Shown piece by piece: positions 1 through 12,389 of a DNA stretch of 64,000 nucleotides. The notes under the pieces were generated by a model. That model was not told the DNA's origin, ran no database searches, and saw only the letters and a program-made list of their open reading frames with translations. Each line of letters begins with the position of its first letter. Position 1 is the stretch's first letter. Origin of the DNA: Haliotis rubra (lineage: Eukaryota); assembly GCF_003918875.1 (NCBI RefSeq), contig NW_025767213.1:682001-746000 (forward strand), read 5' to 3'. The position numbers and the translations under genes were made by a program.

Positions 1-2425
1 AGAATTGATGGAAGGGGTTTTTCCATATGTACCAAGCCAAACATATATACTGCGTCATGCTGTAGATGGAGATGTTTTTGAAACTACACCCCTTACAGAT
101 AAATCCAATCAAGCTTAAAACCCCGAAGAAAGACGTTCAATACATAGCTGCCATTGAATTTGCACAGGCACATGCAAAATATTTAAGTCATGTGATTGAC
201 CAAGGTTTGGTGTAGTCTAATATTTTAAAACTCCCCTGTCCCCTCACCTTTCTATCTTGTGGTATCCACTATCACCAATTTCTCAGACGAAAAAAGAATT
301 TGCTTGAGGCAGCAAATGTCAGGCTGCTTTTGAGAAGATTACATCCGTTATCTTGAATGCTGCTGTTCTCCATGCGCAAACTTTTGAAAAACCTTTCTAA
401 CTTGCAACAGAGGCTTGTGCCATTTGTGCTGGAACTGGCCCATTGCAAGGAGATGCTTCAGGCTTTGATCACCCTGTTTGTTGTTAATCAAGAACATGTA
501 ACAAACTTCAGAGAAAGTATTGAAAAAGAAACTCTTGCTCTACTGTTAGCTGTAAGACAAACTTTCTTTCTCAGAAAGGGATATTGTTTTTTCGAAGATG
601 CACCACTAGTCCCAATTCCCGGGCTACGTACAAGCTACAAATCTCTCCTCTGTCAACCAAAAGCTCTACAAAAAACTAAGACGCTTTTTTGTAATTTTGT
701 AATTTGTAATTGTATGACCTGCACAGAATGTGATGTAATATTTGGTAGAACTTGTACTGACCATATCCGCTTCTTATAGTTGTTCTAATGATAAAATATC
801 AATACTGAAATGCCTGAGAGACAATTGTCTATATCTAATTGTGTTTTCACATACGTTGACGTCTCATTCGGAATCCCAAATCCCTTCATATTTCATAGGA
901 ATAGGAAAACAAACAGTGGGGTCTTTTTTCAGGTTCATTCTGAAAAAACCCATATATTTCCATAATTTCTATTAGTTTCAATCTTTTATGTTCATCTTTT
1001 CCTTTCGGAAAATATCCATACTGATAATTTACAAACTTGGTAACGTTTATGTTTGGTCTCTAGTCAATATATCAATTATTCCACGGTATTTCGCAAATTA
1101 TCCCATTTTAGGCAACCCTGGGTAAACGTCTCAGTATTTCATAAAAGCGTGTCAGGTAAATATAACATACGTGATTATAACAAACATATGTTGGGTGGTA
1201 GTGTTTTTCATAATAATTATGGAGTAATTACTTAACCGAAATTAGCCACAGGGAGAAGTAAAACCTCAATGAAGTCGCGTCCAGCGTTACCCGCCGATGT
1301 ACTGATCTATGCAAGTGGTAATTACAGTTTCAGGATCTTTTAATCGACAATTTTAATTGTAAACGGTTATTCTTCAACAATCATAATCAGTGTGAATCTG
1401 CTGTTTGAACCCACAATCGCGAATTTCTGCCTTGGCTGAGTGGGTGACCTGTGTCCGACTGAACTAACTCCTGTATTAGAGGTTAACGTGTTGCCCTAAT
1501 GGCGTATACATGGGTTGACAGACTAACCTACTACTCCTTGTTTCACTTGTCGCTTCTCAATCAGCCAATGATAATAACGTGAAATCCAGGTAGGATCTAG
1601 AGTTATCCCAGATGTGTGTCGTGCGTGTCTGTTTCAGTAGTGCACACATAGTTTACCACATCTGTCACAGTTTTATGGTCTTCCATGGACCTGAACTATT
1701 CATTGTATTGTGTTGTATTATGTCAGGCTATAGTGACATGTATGTGTTACACGTGTAGCCCGGATCATCTTTCGGTGTTCCACAGCGTATTCACAACTGA
1801 CGTACTTTTGTAAGTATTGTTTACATGTTTTATCATACGTTTTCTGAATATTCCATAGGTGTATAGACCGACGACGGCTGTCATATTTTCCAGAGGTTTA
1901 AATGCCCACGTATTGATCAGTCGTAGAGACGTGAACACTTGACAGCACGTCAGTAATGTTTGCAGACATTGCAAACTCAGTCATTCGGAAGAGCTTTCTG
2001 TTTACATGTAGGTCAATATCTGAAAGTGACTCACATGACGTGTTTGTCGATAAATAGTGATGCAGGCAAACAGTCGATGTGGTTGTTTTGTTCCCGGCGA
2101 ATTACTGATAACTACTGAGTAAAATATTCGTCAAACTGAAACATTTACAATGTTCAACAAACGTCTATCGCGCCGAACAGTAGTTTGAGGACAGCGTGAA
2201 TACAAGACTAGAAGTTGTCACATTCGCATCCATCATTTCCTAAATAAACATCTATATGTACAACAGCCCGCAGAGATAAATGATAAATCTTCATATGGAA
2301 TACATGCGGAAAGGTACAATCTTTTACCCAAAATGTCAATACAAACTTCCGTTCCATTCCTGAAGCCAAGTGTGTACATTATGACCTGTGCGGGTCACCT
2401 TCTTCTTTTCATTGGCAGCACTGAC

Positions 2426-2469
2426 TATTTATACCAGGGTCCCTTTCTTTCATTACATCTCTGTATGAG
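2426..2469 (+). promoter_or_regulatory. TATA-like box and short non-coding first exon of paralog A
   Basis: TATTTATA at 2426-2433, donor GAG|GTGAGG at 2470, acceptor AAACAG at 2546 just before the ATG at 2556. Same layout as paralogs B and C. Confidence 0.55.
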
Positions 2470-2555
2470 GTGAGGTTTTTTAGGCAGGTTTACCCTACTT
2501 TTCATAAAATACCCATGTTGAAATATGTCTCCTGTATTTTAAACAGACACCATAT

Positions 2556-4728
2556 ATGGCTGTGAGCATCCAGGCAGTGTGCGCGCTCGCCTTGTGTCTC
2601 GCCTATGTCGGCACCCATGTGATCAAGAGAGGTACATGTCAACAACATCTACTTATTCTTATTTCTTTACCGTCAAATGTTCACACCGCAATATTTGGTT
2701 TGAACTATTAAAAACAACATACCAGAGTCATCTATTATCCATCCACCATCCATCTTCACTATCAGTTGTAGTCCATTATCATGGTTGCAGAATACATTGT
2801 GCCTAGATGGTCATGTAATATTACAGTGTCAGATGTATTTAACCTTTCTGTTTGCACAGAGACTACATGTGCAGACAATAACTGTAAGTACATGGGGAAG
2901 TAAATAACTGTAGATACATTTATAAGAATATATAAGAACGAACTTGGTAACGTTCAGAACTCGGTAAAGTTAAGAACACAGCTAAGAACACAGTTAAGAA
3001 CCGTAAGTGAACATATGTACTGAACTAGAGCTACAAGTGAACGTAAGCAAATGCCCAAGGCAGTGAGTAACGGTTAGTGATGCTGCCTGCAGTAGTAAAT
3101 GACATATTGTTAAATGTAACTAATCTAAATGTATTATAGCATTAATAGGTATTTTTCCTCAGTTAGTATTTCGAGGCCGCTGTGGAAGTCTGTTGACAGT
3201 TTTGTACATGTTTGACCACTTTACCCTACAGCCTGCCCTAAACCCGGGGGTGGATGTGTTCCTGTCAACCAAACCTACGAACTAAGCCATTGTTCTAAGC
3301 TGAAATGCACTTTGGAGTCCAATGTATATTGGCTCCGCGGTAACATGGGTACGTTACATAGAACCGTACAGCTAAATTTAATGTCTTTATCTGTAATTTA
3401 TCATGTGTCCAGATAAAACCATTATTCCATGATATACAGCTTCCTGCCTCTTTCCGGGGCGGTGGGGTAGCCTAGTGGTTAAAGAGTCCGCCCCTCACGA
3501 CGAAGCCCGGATTTGATTCCCAACATGGGTACAATGTTTGAAGCCCATTTCTGGTGTCATCCGCCCTGATGTTGCTGGAATATTGCTAAGAAGCGGCGTA
3601 AAACCATACTCACTCACTTGCCTCTTTCCAGTAAGTAAACATCTTAGCACCAATACCTGACATGTTGATTCACTCCACTCACTTGGACTACTTCGTTCAT
3701 AACACAATTTTAATCTCCGTTGAAGGATGTGCCACCTTAGCTGGGAGTTGCGTCAACGTTGGCCAGATATATTCATACAACGCCTGTACAAATGTCACCT
3801 GCACGTCCGTTAACTCGTCTCTCATATTCAAGGGCACTTATAGTAAGTTCTACTTCGTATCTGCACGTTATATCTAACTCGTTTGTAGAGATATTGACAT
3901 TTCCCAATAATTAGATTACTCAAGTTTACTCAATTTACTTTTCTTGTAATAGTCGCAGTGGCTGAGCGGTCTAGGCGGCTGACTTTGTGTGCTGGAGATT
4001 AGGTGCCTGACTCTGAGGGTATGGGTTCGAATCCCGGATGGGGCTCAACTCAAAAAAAGTACTAGAATTTGCACTTTACTAAAAAAGTGTAATCCCAAAT
4101 ATAACACATGTTACCTTCACCACTTTCTAAATGGCATTGTGTAATCATAGATTTTCTTGTAATAAAAACGAAACTATTTTCAGGTTGTGCCCATGGTGAC
4201 CCAATATTTTGCTATGGACAGGGTGCAAATGTAACCATCGACGGCTGTAAACACACATGTGTGTTAAGTGGAAACACCATCGGCTTTATGAAAATCAATT
4301 CTAGTAAGTTCATTTCAAAACTTCATTTCTTTCATTTCTCTCTTTCCTACTTAGTCCTTAGTACTAAACATACCACCGACAAAAAATGTCCTCATTTCTT
4401 GTTTATCTTGAAAATATTTATTTCGATAAATGTCTGTACTACAAACAGCATGTGTTGTAAATGGAGAACTGCACGTTCATCCTCATGTTCTTGCACGACT
4501 TCATGCAAGTGAACTTTCATTGGTTGTCAATTGCAAATGAACTTTAAAAAATGTATAATTAGATACTCGATATCGGTTTCTCTACGTCACTGTCAGTGTT
4601 TTGCATTGTGTACTAAATTATGGTTTTCGTCAGATAATTAAACCTGATACGAGTCACAATTTATATGGACATGTTGGAATGATGTCCAACACAGATGAAA
4701 ATCTTGCTGTGTTCCAGATTGCGGATAA
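2556..4728 (+). CDS. Secreted cysteine-rich modular protein, paralog A (154 aa, 3 modules), multi-exon
   Basis: Coding exons 2556-2631, 2860-2883, 3232-3348, 3726-3842, 4184-4303, 4718-4728. All introns are GT-AG and phase 1. Joined ORF: MAVSIQAVCALALCLAYVGTHVIKRETTCADNNSCPKPGGGCVPVNQTYELSHCSKLKCTLESNVYWLRGNMGCATLAGSCVNVGQIYSYNACTNVTCTSVNSSLIFKGTYSCAHGDPIFCYGQGANVTIDGCKHTCVLSGNTIGFMKINSNCG*. Hydrophobic N-terminus (signal peptide), AATAAA at 4786, and exon sizes and phases match two downstream paralogs. Confidence 0.88.
3456..3618 (+). mobile_element. tRNA-derived SINE, family 1, (CACT)n tail
   Basis: A box TAGCCTAGTGG, B-box-like GATTTGATTCC, tail ACTCACTCACT. 11-bp TSD TGCCTCTTTCC at 3445-3455 and 3619-3629. 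Several copies occur in the window. Confidence 0.88.
3952..4151 (+). mobile_element. tRNA-derived SINE, family 2
   Basis: A box TGGCTGAGCGG and B box GGTTCGAATCC, with a non-tRNA body. 13-bp TSD TTTTCTTGTAATA at 3939-3951 and 4152-4164. Confidence 0.8.
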
Positions 4729-4884
4729 GCTACACTACAGGGGCAGTACCAAACTACCAAAGTCGTTTGTTGGAAGAACAGCAGCAATAAATATATGATT
4801 TAGGACACTCATCATATTCTTGCTTGTTCTTTATGACGTATGGTGTAGCTCTAGCGTGGCCTCGCCGAACAGGTGATTATTTAC

Positions 4885-6496
4885 CTACAGAGGACCTGAT
4901 ATTAGTGCATTACTGTACTACAGAGAACCTAATATTAGTACATCGTTGTACTACGAAGGACCTGATATTAGTGCATTACTGTACTACAGAGGTACCGATA
5001 TTGGTGCATTACTGTACTACAAAGACCCTGATATTAGATCCCTGATATACTCAGGCTTGCCTACAGAGGACCAAACATGAGTGCATTATTGTACTGCGAA
5101 GGACCTGATATCAGTGCATTATTATACAACAGATGACCTGATGTCAGTGCATTATTGTACTACAGAGGAAATGATTTTACTGTATTACTGAACTACAGAG
5201 GTCCCGATATTAGTGCATTACTGTACTACAAAGGACCTCATATTAGTGCATTACTGTATTACAGAGGACCTCATATTAGTGCATTACTGAACTACTAAGG
5301 TCCCGATATTACAGCGTTACTGTACTACAGAGGACATCATATTAGTGTATTACAGAGGTCCCAATATTAGTGCATTACTGTACTACAAGAACTTGATATT
5401 AGTGCATTACTGTACTACAGAGGACCTGATATTAGTGCATTTTTGTACAACAAAGGACCTCATATTAGTGCATTACTGTATTACAGAGATAACGATAGTA
5501 GTGCATTACTGTACTACAAAGGACCTGACATTAATGCATGACTGTTCTACAAAGGACCTGATATTAGTCCATTCCTGTACCACAGAGGACCTGATATTAC
5601 TGCATCATTGTACTACAGAGGACCTCATATTACTGCATCATTGTACTACAGAGGACCTCATATTAGTGCATTATTGTACCACAGAGGACCTCATATTAGT
5701 GCATTATTGTACTACAGAGGACCTCATATTAGTGCATTACTGTACAACAGAGGACATGATATGCATTGCTATACTACGAAGGGCCTGATATTAATGCATT
5801 ACTATACTACAGAGGACCTGATATTACTGCATAGCTGTACTACGAAGGACCTGATATTAGTGCATTACTGTACTACAGGGGACCTGATATTAATGCATTA
5901 CTGTACTACAGAGGACCTGATTTTAGTGCATTATTGTACTATGAAGAACCTGATATTAGTGCATTATCGTACTTCAGAGGACCTGATATTAGTGCATTAT
6001 TGTACTACAGAGGACCTGATATTAGTGCATTATTGTACTACAGAGGACCTGATATTACTTCATCATTGCACTACAGAGGACCTCATATTAGTGCATTATT
6101 GTACTACAGAGGACCTCATATTAGTGCATTATTGTACCACAGAGGACCTCATATTAGTGCATTATTGTACTACAGAGGACCTCATATTAGTGCATTACTG
6201 TACAACAGAGGACATGACATGCATTGCTATACTACGAAGGGCCTGATATTAATGCATTACTATACTACAGAGGACCTGATATTACTGCATAGCTGTACTA
6301 CGAAGGACCTGATATTAGTGCATTACTGTACTACAGGGGACCTGATATTAATGCATTACTATACTACAGAGGACCTGATTTTAGTGCATTATTGTACTAT
6401 GAAGGACCTGATATTAGTGCATTATCGTACTTCAGAGGACCTAATATTAGTGCATTATTGTACTACAGAGGACCTGATATTAGTGCATTATTGTAC
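4885..6496. repeat. 33-bp minisatellite, left part (ACTACAGAGGACCTGATATTAGTGCATTACTGT)
   Basis: Dozens of tandem copies, which produce the spurious TTEDLILVHYC ORFs. Confidence 0.95.
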
Positions 6497-9051
6497 ATAT
6501 TCTACAAACAATTTTTCACCAACTAACCCATATGGAAGCACTAGGCAAATAAATAAGTAGGTAAAATACTTTTGGAGCAAGGATACAAATAACACTTTTC
6601 TAACAAATCTGACAAAAATGTTGCACAATTCCCATGACACGTTATCTAATTGGATAAATGAAAACATGGAAACTTCACTATCATTTCTCATAGACATGAT
6701 TCAAAATGCTGCTGATCACACAAAGGCAACATATGGTGGTACACCTGCACTAAAGATGAATACACAATCCTTATGGTGGGACCATGAACTCGAAGTTTTA
6801 AAACATCAGAAATACTCAGCTCTTAGAGCCCACAGAGACAAGAACACTGACATCAGTATTTACAAGAAATGCAAATATTTATTCAAAAGTACTTTTGCTA
6901 AGAAGAAAGAACAGTATTTGTGTAAGCAAAAAGAAGAATTAGTATCTGCAAGAAATGATCGAAAACTGTTTTGGAAAATAATTAAGCAAAATAGAAAAGC
7001 ATTTATCCCTAAAACTATAACAGATGACCAGTGGGTTAAACATTTTACAAGACTTCCTTGTCTGGACACTCACAATCCTTTACATGTAGCTAGTCTTAAC
7101 ACACATCACACCTCTGACGACACAGATGATGACTTGACAAATATCTTCAACAATATATTGCTCAAGGGCATATTTCCAAAAAGTTGGGGTAACAGTATTA
7201 TTTGTCCTTTAAATAAAACTGGAAGCAAACAAGACACAAACAACTATAGCAGTATTTCCCTTATTGACACAGCATGTAAAATATTTACCTCTATATTGAA
7301 TAAAAGACTACAGAAATGGTGTGAATTAAAACAAATAATAAGTGAATCTCAAGCCGGCTTCAGAGCCAACTACTCAACTACTGATCACATTTTTGCATTA
7401 CAGGCAATTATTCAAAAATATGCATGTAAGAAAAAAGAAAGGTTTTATAGCCTTTTCATAGATTTTTCAAAGGCCTTTGATAAAATAAGACATGATGTAC
7501 TTTTAAGATCTCTTCAAGTATTACAACATTATTGTCACGATGTATTCTCAACTTTCATCCTGTGTAAGAACAAACTGTGGGCTGTCATCATGCTCCACCT
7601 GTAATGTGGGTATCCGTCAGTGGTGCATATTAAGTCCACAAATGTTTATTATTTTTATAAATGAACTGTACAAGAAAATGTTAAATGATGGTGGTAAAGG
7701 TGTTTTTATTACACAAGCCATGGACAACCTATGTGCACTTATGTTTGCTGATGATATCTCAGCACTTGCTGACACATGTCACCTTTTACTAAAGAAGATT
7801 AATGTCTTAGAAACTGTGTGCAATGACACTGGAATGCAAGTCAATCTTAAGAAGACTAAAGTAATGGTATTTAGGAATGGTGGTCCTCTACGATCATATA
7901 AGAAAATGGCCAACAGATTGAATCTGTCTCTTGTTATAGATATCTGGGTATTGTCTTCACACCCAAGCTTGTGTGGAGCAAAGCACAACTATGTTTATCA
8001 TCTCAGGCTAACAAAGCAATTTTATCATTATTCAGTTTTCAAAGAAAAATTGGTAACATAGATGGCTGTGATTTATTTAGAATATTTGACTCAGTGATTG
8101 CACCTATACTCTGCTATGGCGCAGAAATATGGGGCACTGAATATTGTAAAGTTACTGAGGCCGTACAACTTAAGTTCTGTAAACAGTATTTAAGAGTAAA
8201 CAAATCTACGTTTAATGGTATGGTGTTAGGCGAGTGTGACAGACTCCCTCTCTAATGTGTTTATCTCTTGCGTGTTATTGAATACTGGTGTCGTCTCGTA
8301 CAATTACCTGAAAATAGGTTGCCTTGTCAATGTTATATTATGTTAAGATCTTTACATGAAGCTGGACGCACCACATGGGTTTCAAAGGTTAAACAATTAT
8401 TACTCAGGTATGGCTTTGGTTATGCTTGGTTTTATCAAGAAATTGGAAATGTTGGTATGTTCATTTCTCTTTTTAAACAAAGACTAAAGGATAATCTACA
8501 ACAGTCATGGTATTCATCAATACAGGATTCTTCAAAATGCTTATATTAAAAGCCATATAAATCTTTGTTGAATGTTGAAAGATATTTCTGTTCTGATATT
8601 TCAGTGTATCTGAAGATGTCTTTATCAAGATTTAGATGTAGCCAATTTAAGATAGCAGTAGAAACTGGAAGATATGGCAATATTGAACTAAGAGAAAGAC
8701 TTTGTATGTACTGCAAATCAAAAGGTCTGGATCATATTGAAAATGAATGGCATGTCATATTTGTGTATGGTTGTTATAAAGATTTAAGAGTCAAATACAT
8801 TGCTAAATATATACAAGAACCCTACACTGTACACACTATGATAAATCTGTTTCAAAATGAAAGTTATGATCTTATGTACAACATCGGCTTGTTTTTGTAC
8901 CATGTTAACAATATTGTAAATTCTAGAAACAAATGAGTGCTACGTATACCTTCTTAAAACATGCGCACGTGAAAGATATAAAAAAAACTATTATCTGTAT
9001 GTATTATGGGCCAGTGGCCTCCTTACTGAATAAACTGTCTGTCTGTCTGTC
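6497..9051 (+). mobile_element. 5'-truncated, decayed non-LTR retrotransposon (CR1/L2-group LINE, ORF2 reverse transcriptase)
   Basis: RT motifs across frameshifted ORFs: FPKSW..IICPL.K.G, ISESQAGFR, FIDFSKAFD, GIRQ.CILSP, MFADD, LCYGAEIWG, and C-terminal RFRCS..IAVETGRY..RLC..C..IENEWH. The 3' end has AATAAA (9029) and a (CTGT)n tail. 8-bp TSD TATTGTAC at 6489-6496 and 9052-9059. Several stops and frameshifts. Confidence 0.93.
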
Positions 9052-9545
9052 TATTGTACTACAGATGACCTAATATTACTGTATTACAGAGGACCTGATG
9101 TTAGTGCATTACTGTACTACAAAGAACCTGATATTAGTGCATTCTTGTACTACAGAGGACCTGATATTAGTGTATTACTGTATCAAAGAGGACCTGATAT
9201 TAGTGCATTACTGTACTACGAAGGACCTGATATCAGTGCATTACTGTACCATGAATGTGCCGATATTAGTGCATTACTGCACTACAGAGGATCTGATATT
9301 AGTGCATTTCTGCACCACAGAGGACCCGATGTTAGTGCATTACTGTACTACAGAAGACCTGATATTAGTGCATTACTGTACCATGAATGTCCCGATATTA
9401 GTGCATTACTGCACTACAGAGGATCTGATATTAGTGCATTTCTGCACCACAGAGGACCTGATGTTAGTGCAATGCTGTACCGCAGAGAACCTGATATTAG
9501 TGCATTACTGTACTACAAAGGACGTGATATTAGTGCATAATGGTA
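9052..9545. repeat. 33-bp minisatellite, right part, split from the left part by the LINE
   Basis: The same unit resumes immediately after the LINE TSD. Confidence 0.95.
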
Positions 9546-9721
9546 TAACTGTATTGTAGTGTATATTATAGAAGTACATCGCTGTTCTTTAGGTTGGTCT
9601 CATGTTCCTGCAATATTATGGAACACCCGATCTTACAGCATATTATTAAACTATAGGGTGCCTCATATTAGCTTTGTACTATACTGTACCATAGAGCATC
9701 TGATAACATAATGCATATTTG

Positions 9722-10062
9722 CTTCACTGTGACATAGTGTATGACATTTCTGCCTAACTGTGACATAGTGTGAGATATATGTGTCTCACTGTTACATAGT
9801 GAAGGATATTTGTGTCTCACAGTGTCATAGTGTGTGGTATTTGTGTCTCACTCTGACATAGTGTGTGCTATTTGTGTCTCACTGTGTCATAGTGTGTGAT
9901 ATGTGTGTCTCACTGTGACATAGTGTGTGATATGTGTGTCTCATTGTGTCACAGTGCGTGATATTTGTGTCTCATTGTGTCATAGTATGTAATATTTGTG
10001 TCTCACTGTGACATGGTTATGATATGTGTGTCTCACAGTGACAAAGTGTATGATATTTGTGT
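9722..10062. repeat. 31-bp minisatellite (GTGTCTCACTGTGACATAGTGTGTGATATTT)
   Basis: About 11 tandem copies with a 31-bp period. Confidence 0.9.
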
Positions 10063-10999
10063 ACACAAATGATTCTGATCACAAAGTCGGGTACCTAGGT
10101 CTCTCGTTTGCACCACAGGCCCTCGTGGTAGTTTGACATTTAGACATGAAAATCCTGAACTACAAACGAGGCCAAAGTGGCCACGAAATGAATATCAGTA
10201 CTACAACTATCCAGGGTGTATTAAAAAGAGATTCATAGTAAAACAGTGAGCATATCACGAGCATCGACCAAAGCCGTCGTTCAGATTCGATGATTGCAGG
10301 CCATACACTGCACTAAACAAACCACCTTACCACACGGATGTGTTGCTGGACGCCTATACATACGTGGGTGAAACTATGAAACACAGTTTATGAGAAATTG
10401 GCCCATACATGGATGAAAATATAATACATGAACCACAAACCCACAGATGTATAAAAATTACCCCATCACTTTCGACGAGGTTCTTCTATCCATGTCTTTC
10501 CGAAATAAGTTCCATCCAATTGTGCTATTTCGCTTAAACCCCACCTTGCAACTTTCGCCGAGTGGCCATTTGTGATGCATGCAGACAGTACAGTTGAAAT
10601 GTACACATGGAAAAAAGTATCGCAACATCAATATGTTTCATGGTACCAGTATGTTACCATTACCCATAGTAAAGGAACTTACCCAAATCTCAATTTAACG
10701 CATCATGTGGATGGATTTATTCTTAATGGGTGATCAAATGTCAAATCTAAACACAGAAAGAAAACAATATGTAATATTTCCAGGAAACCAAACTTGCAAA
10801 AATTGACTTATTTTGTAGTGCTGATAACTATGGTCGTATGACGCAAACAAGTGCTGCCATTTTCAAGATTCTGGCACACAATACTCATGAAATCACAGAA
10901 GGATCAATAACTTAGCACAATGTGAATATCTGGCTTAATACGAACTACAATAACATCCCCAACTCTCCTCATTGGGTCTCTTTGAATAAAACATTACTA

Positions 11000-11680
11000 T
11001 CGGCACATGCACCAGGTGGCCTAGCATTGTCGTCCATGAAGACTGGCTTACGTTTAGAACTTTAGAGGATGGTCATCGAAATGTGGTACAACAACCCTGT
11101 CTATGATGTCAGTGATTTTCTGCTGTCCATTGAGACTTGGTCTGATCGTCACAGGGTCGGGTGTACAGTCATCTGAGAGCCATTCCCACACCATCAATGA
11201 ATCTCCGGAAAACGGTACATGCTAGAAAGATATTCCCTTGCGCATGTGTATCATATCCCTATGACCTTAAATTCAGGTGACGTCGAGCTTGATTCCAACA
11301 TCGTCTGGGTTTGATACACCACTTTTAAGCCATTTCGAAACCGTTCTGTTGCAAAAACGACGATGTTTTTTTACAAGCCACTTAACATGAAGAGATGAAG
11401 TCTCATTTGCTGTATCCTCCCGAGGATGTGCCATGTGTGGTCTACCTGAACGCTGACGGTCCTTATCGTCAATAGTTTGCTGATGTTGTCTGGCCAATGA
11501 CAACCAACATCTCTGGCAGTGGCCATCAGTGATATGACAGCATTCCGCATACAATACTTTGCATCTTTGGCAGTTGACAGTTGAGAAGGTCCCATATATG
11601 CTTACCAACAACGAAAGCGAATTGATTTTCCCAAATCAGTGAAAACAATTTACTTGAACTTCATATTTGCTTATTGACGG
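11000..11680 (-). mobile_element. Decayed Tc1/mariner remnant
   Basis: Minus-strand DRQRSGRP..T.RED-type HTH-region motif and F.GDSLMVW motif. Confidence 0.6.
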
Positions 11681-11975
11681 GTACACGTGCATATGGTTAA
11701 AACAAGGGTCAAAATAACAATGCAAACAAACATAACTATAATAGGAATATAAATGATTTTACGGGGATTAAAATCAAAGTTTTTGCGATCATATGTTTCC
11801 ACGTGTATAGTAGCGAAATCTGTAATCACGGTTACATACATGTACATGAACTGTTGAGCACTGATAGCACAACATGTGTTACCAGTTGATTGCATTTTGG
11901 GTTCGGACACATGTATGTTTCGGTAATATGAATTTGTGAAATTCGAGAACGTCTCGCCTGCTGTCAGTGTCCTGG

Positions 11976-12036
11976 TATATATTGCCGTGCACCACCTCCT
12001 TGTCATTCCGCTCAGATCCAGCACAGACACACTCAC
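11976..12036 (+). promoter_or_regulatory. TATA box and non-coding first exon of paralog B
   Basis: TATATATT at 11976, Inr-like TCATT about 27 nt downstream, donor CAC|GTAAGT at 12037, acceptor at 12380 before the ATG at 12390. Confidence 0.65.
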
Positions 12037-12389
12037 GTAAGTATTGGACTCCCTTGTGTAAGCTGTCGAAACATTATGTCAAAGAGCGGGAATTCTTCCA
12101 CTGCTTTCAAGTTGAAGAATACACATGGAAATGGAATAGAAATCCATCTTAGATTCGTTGTTCAAGTCAGCATTCGCTGCAAATTACGTGGTAAAAGGTT
12201 TGTAAAGATTCAGCATTTCATGTTAAAGCTGAGGGTTAATTGTAGTAAGTGGATGATCATTGCTTTATGCAGCAAGTTTGGAATTAATTATGTGGCCATG
12301 GATAAACAGAAAACGGAATGAATCAGCTTGTTACCCCTAGGTACAACAGCTAATTACTGTGTTTTTTGTATCTGACACAGAACGTCGTC

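Noticed and set aside
357-779. 140-aa ORF at the window start
   Set aside because: No recognisable motif or splice context. Possibly the antisense of decayed transposon sequence.
2883-3727. Apparent in-frame TGA (possible selenocysteine) if exon 2860-2883 joins 3726
   Set aside because: The intervening exon 3232-3348 restores a normal frame and matches the paralogs.
3952-4046. Possible tRNA gene
   Set aside because: A and B boxes are present, but there is no convincing cloverleaf or acceptor stem. It is flanked by a 13-bp TSD with an extra body, so it is a SINE.
5345-6560. Long ORFs with His/Cys-rich 11-aa repeats (TTEDLILVHYC)
   Set aside because: Translation of a 33-bp minisatellite. Open in several frames, no gene context, and interrupted by a LINE.
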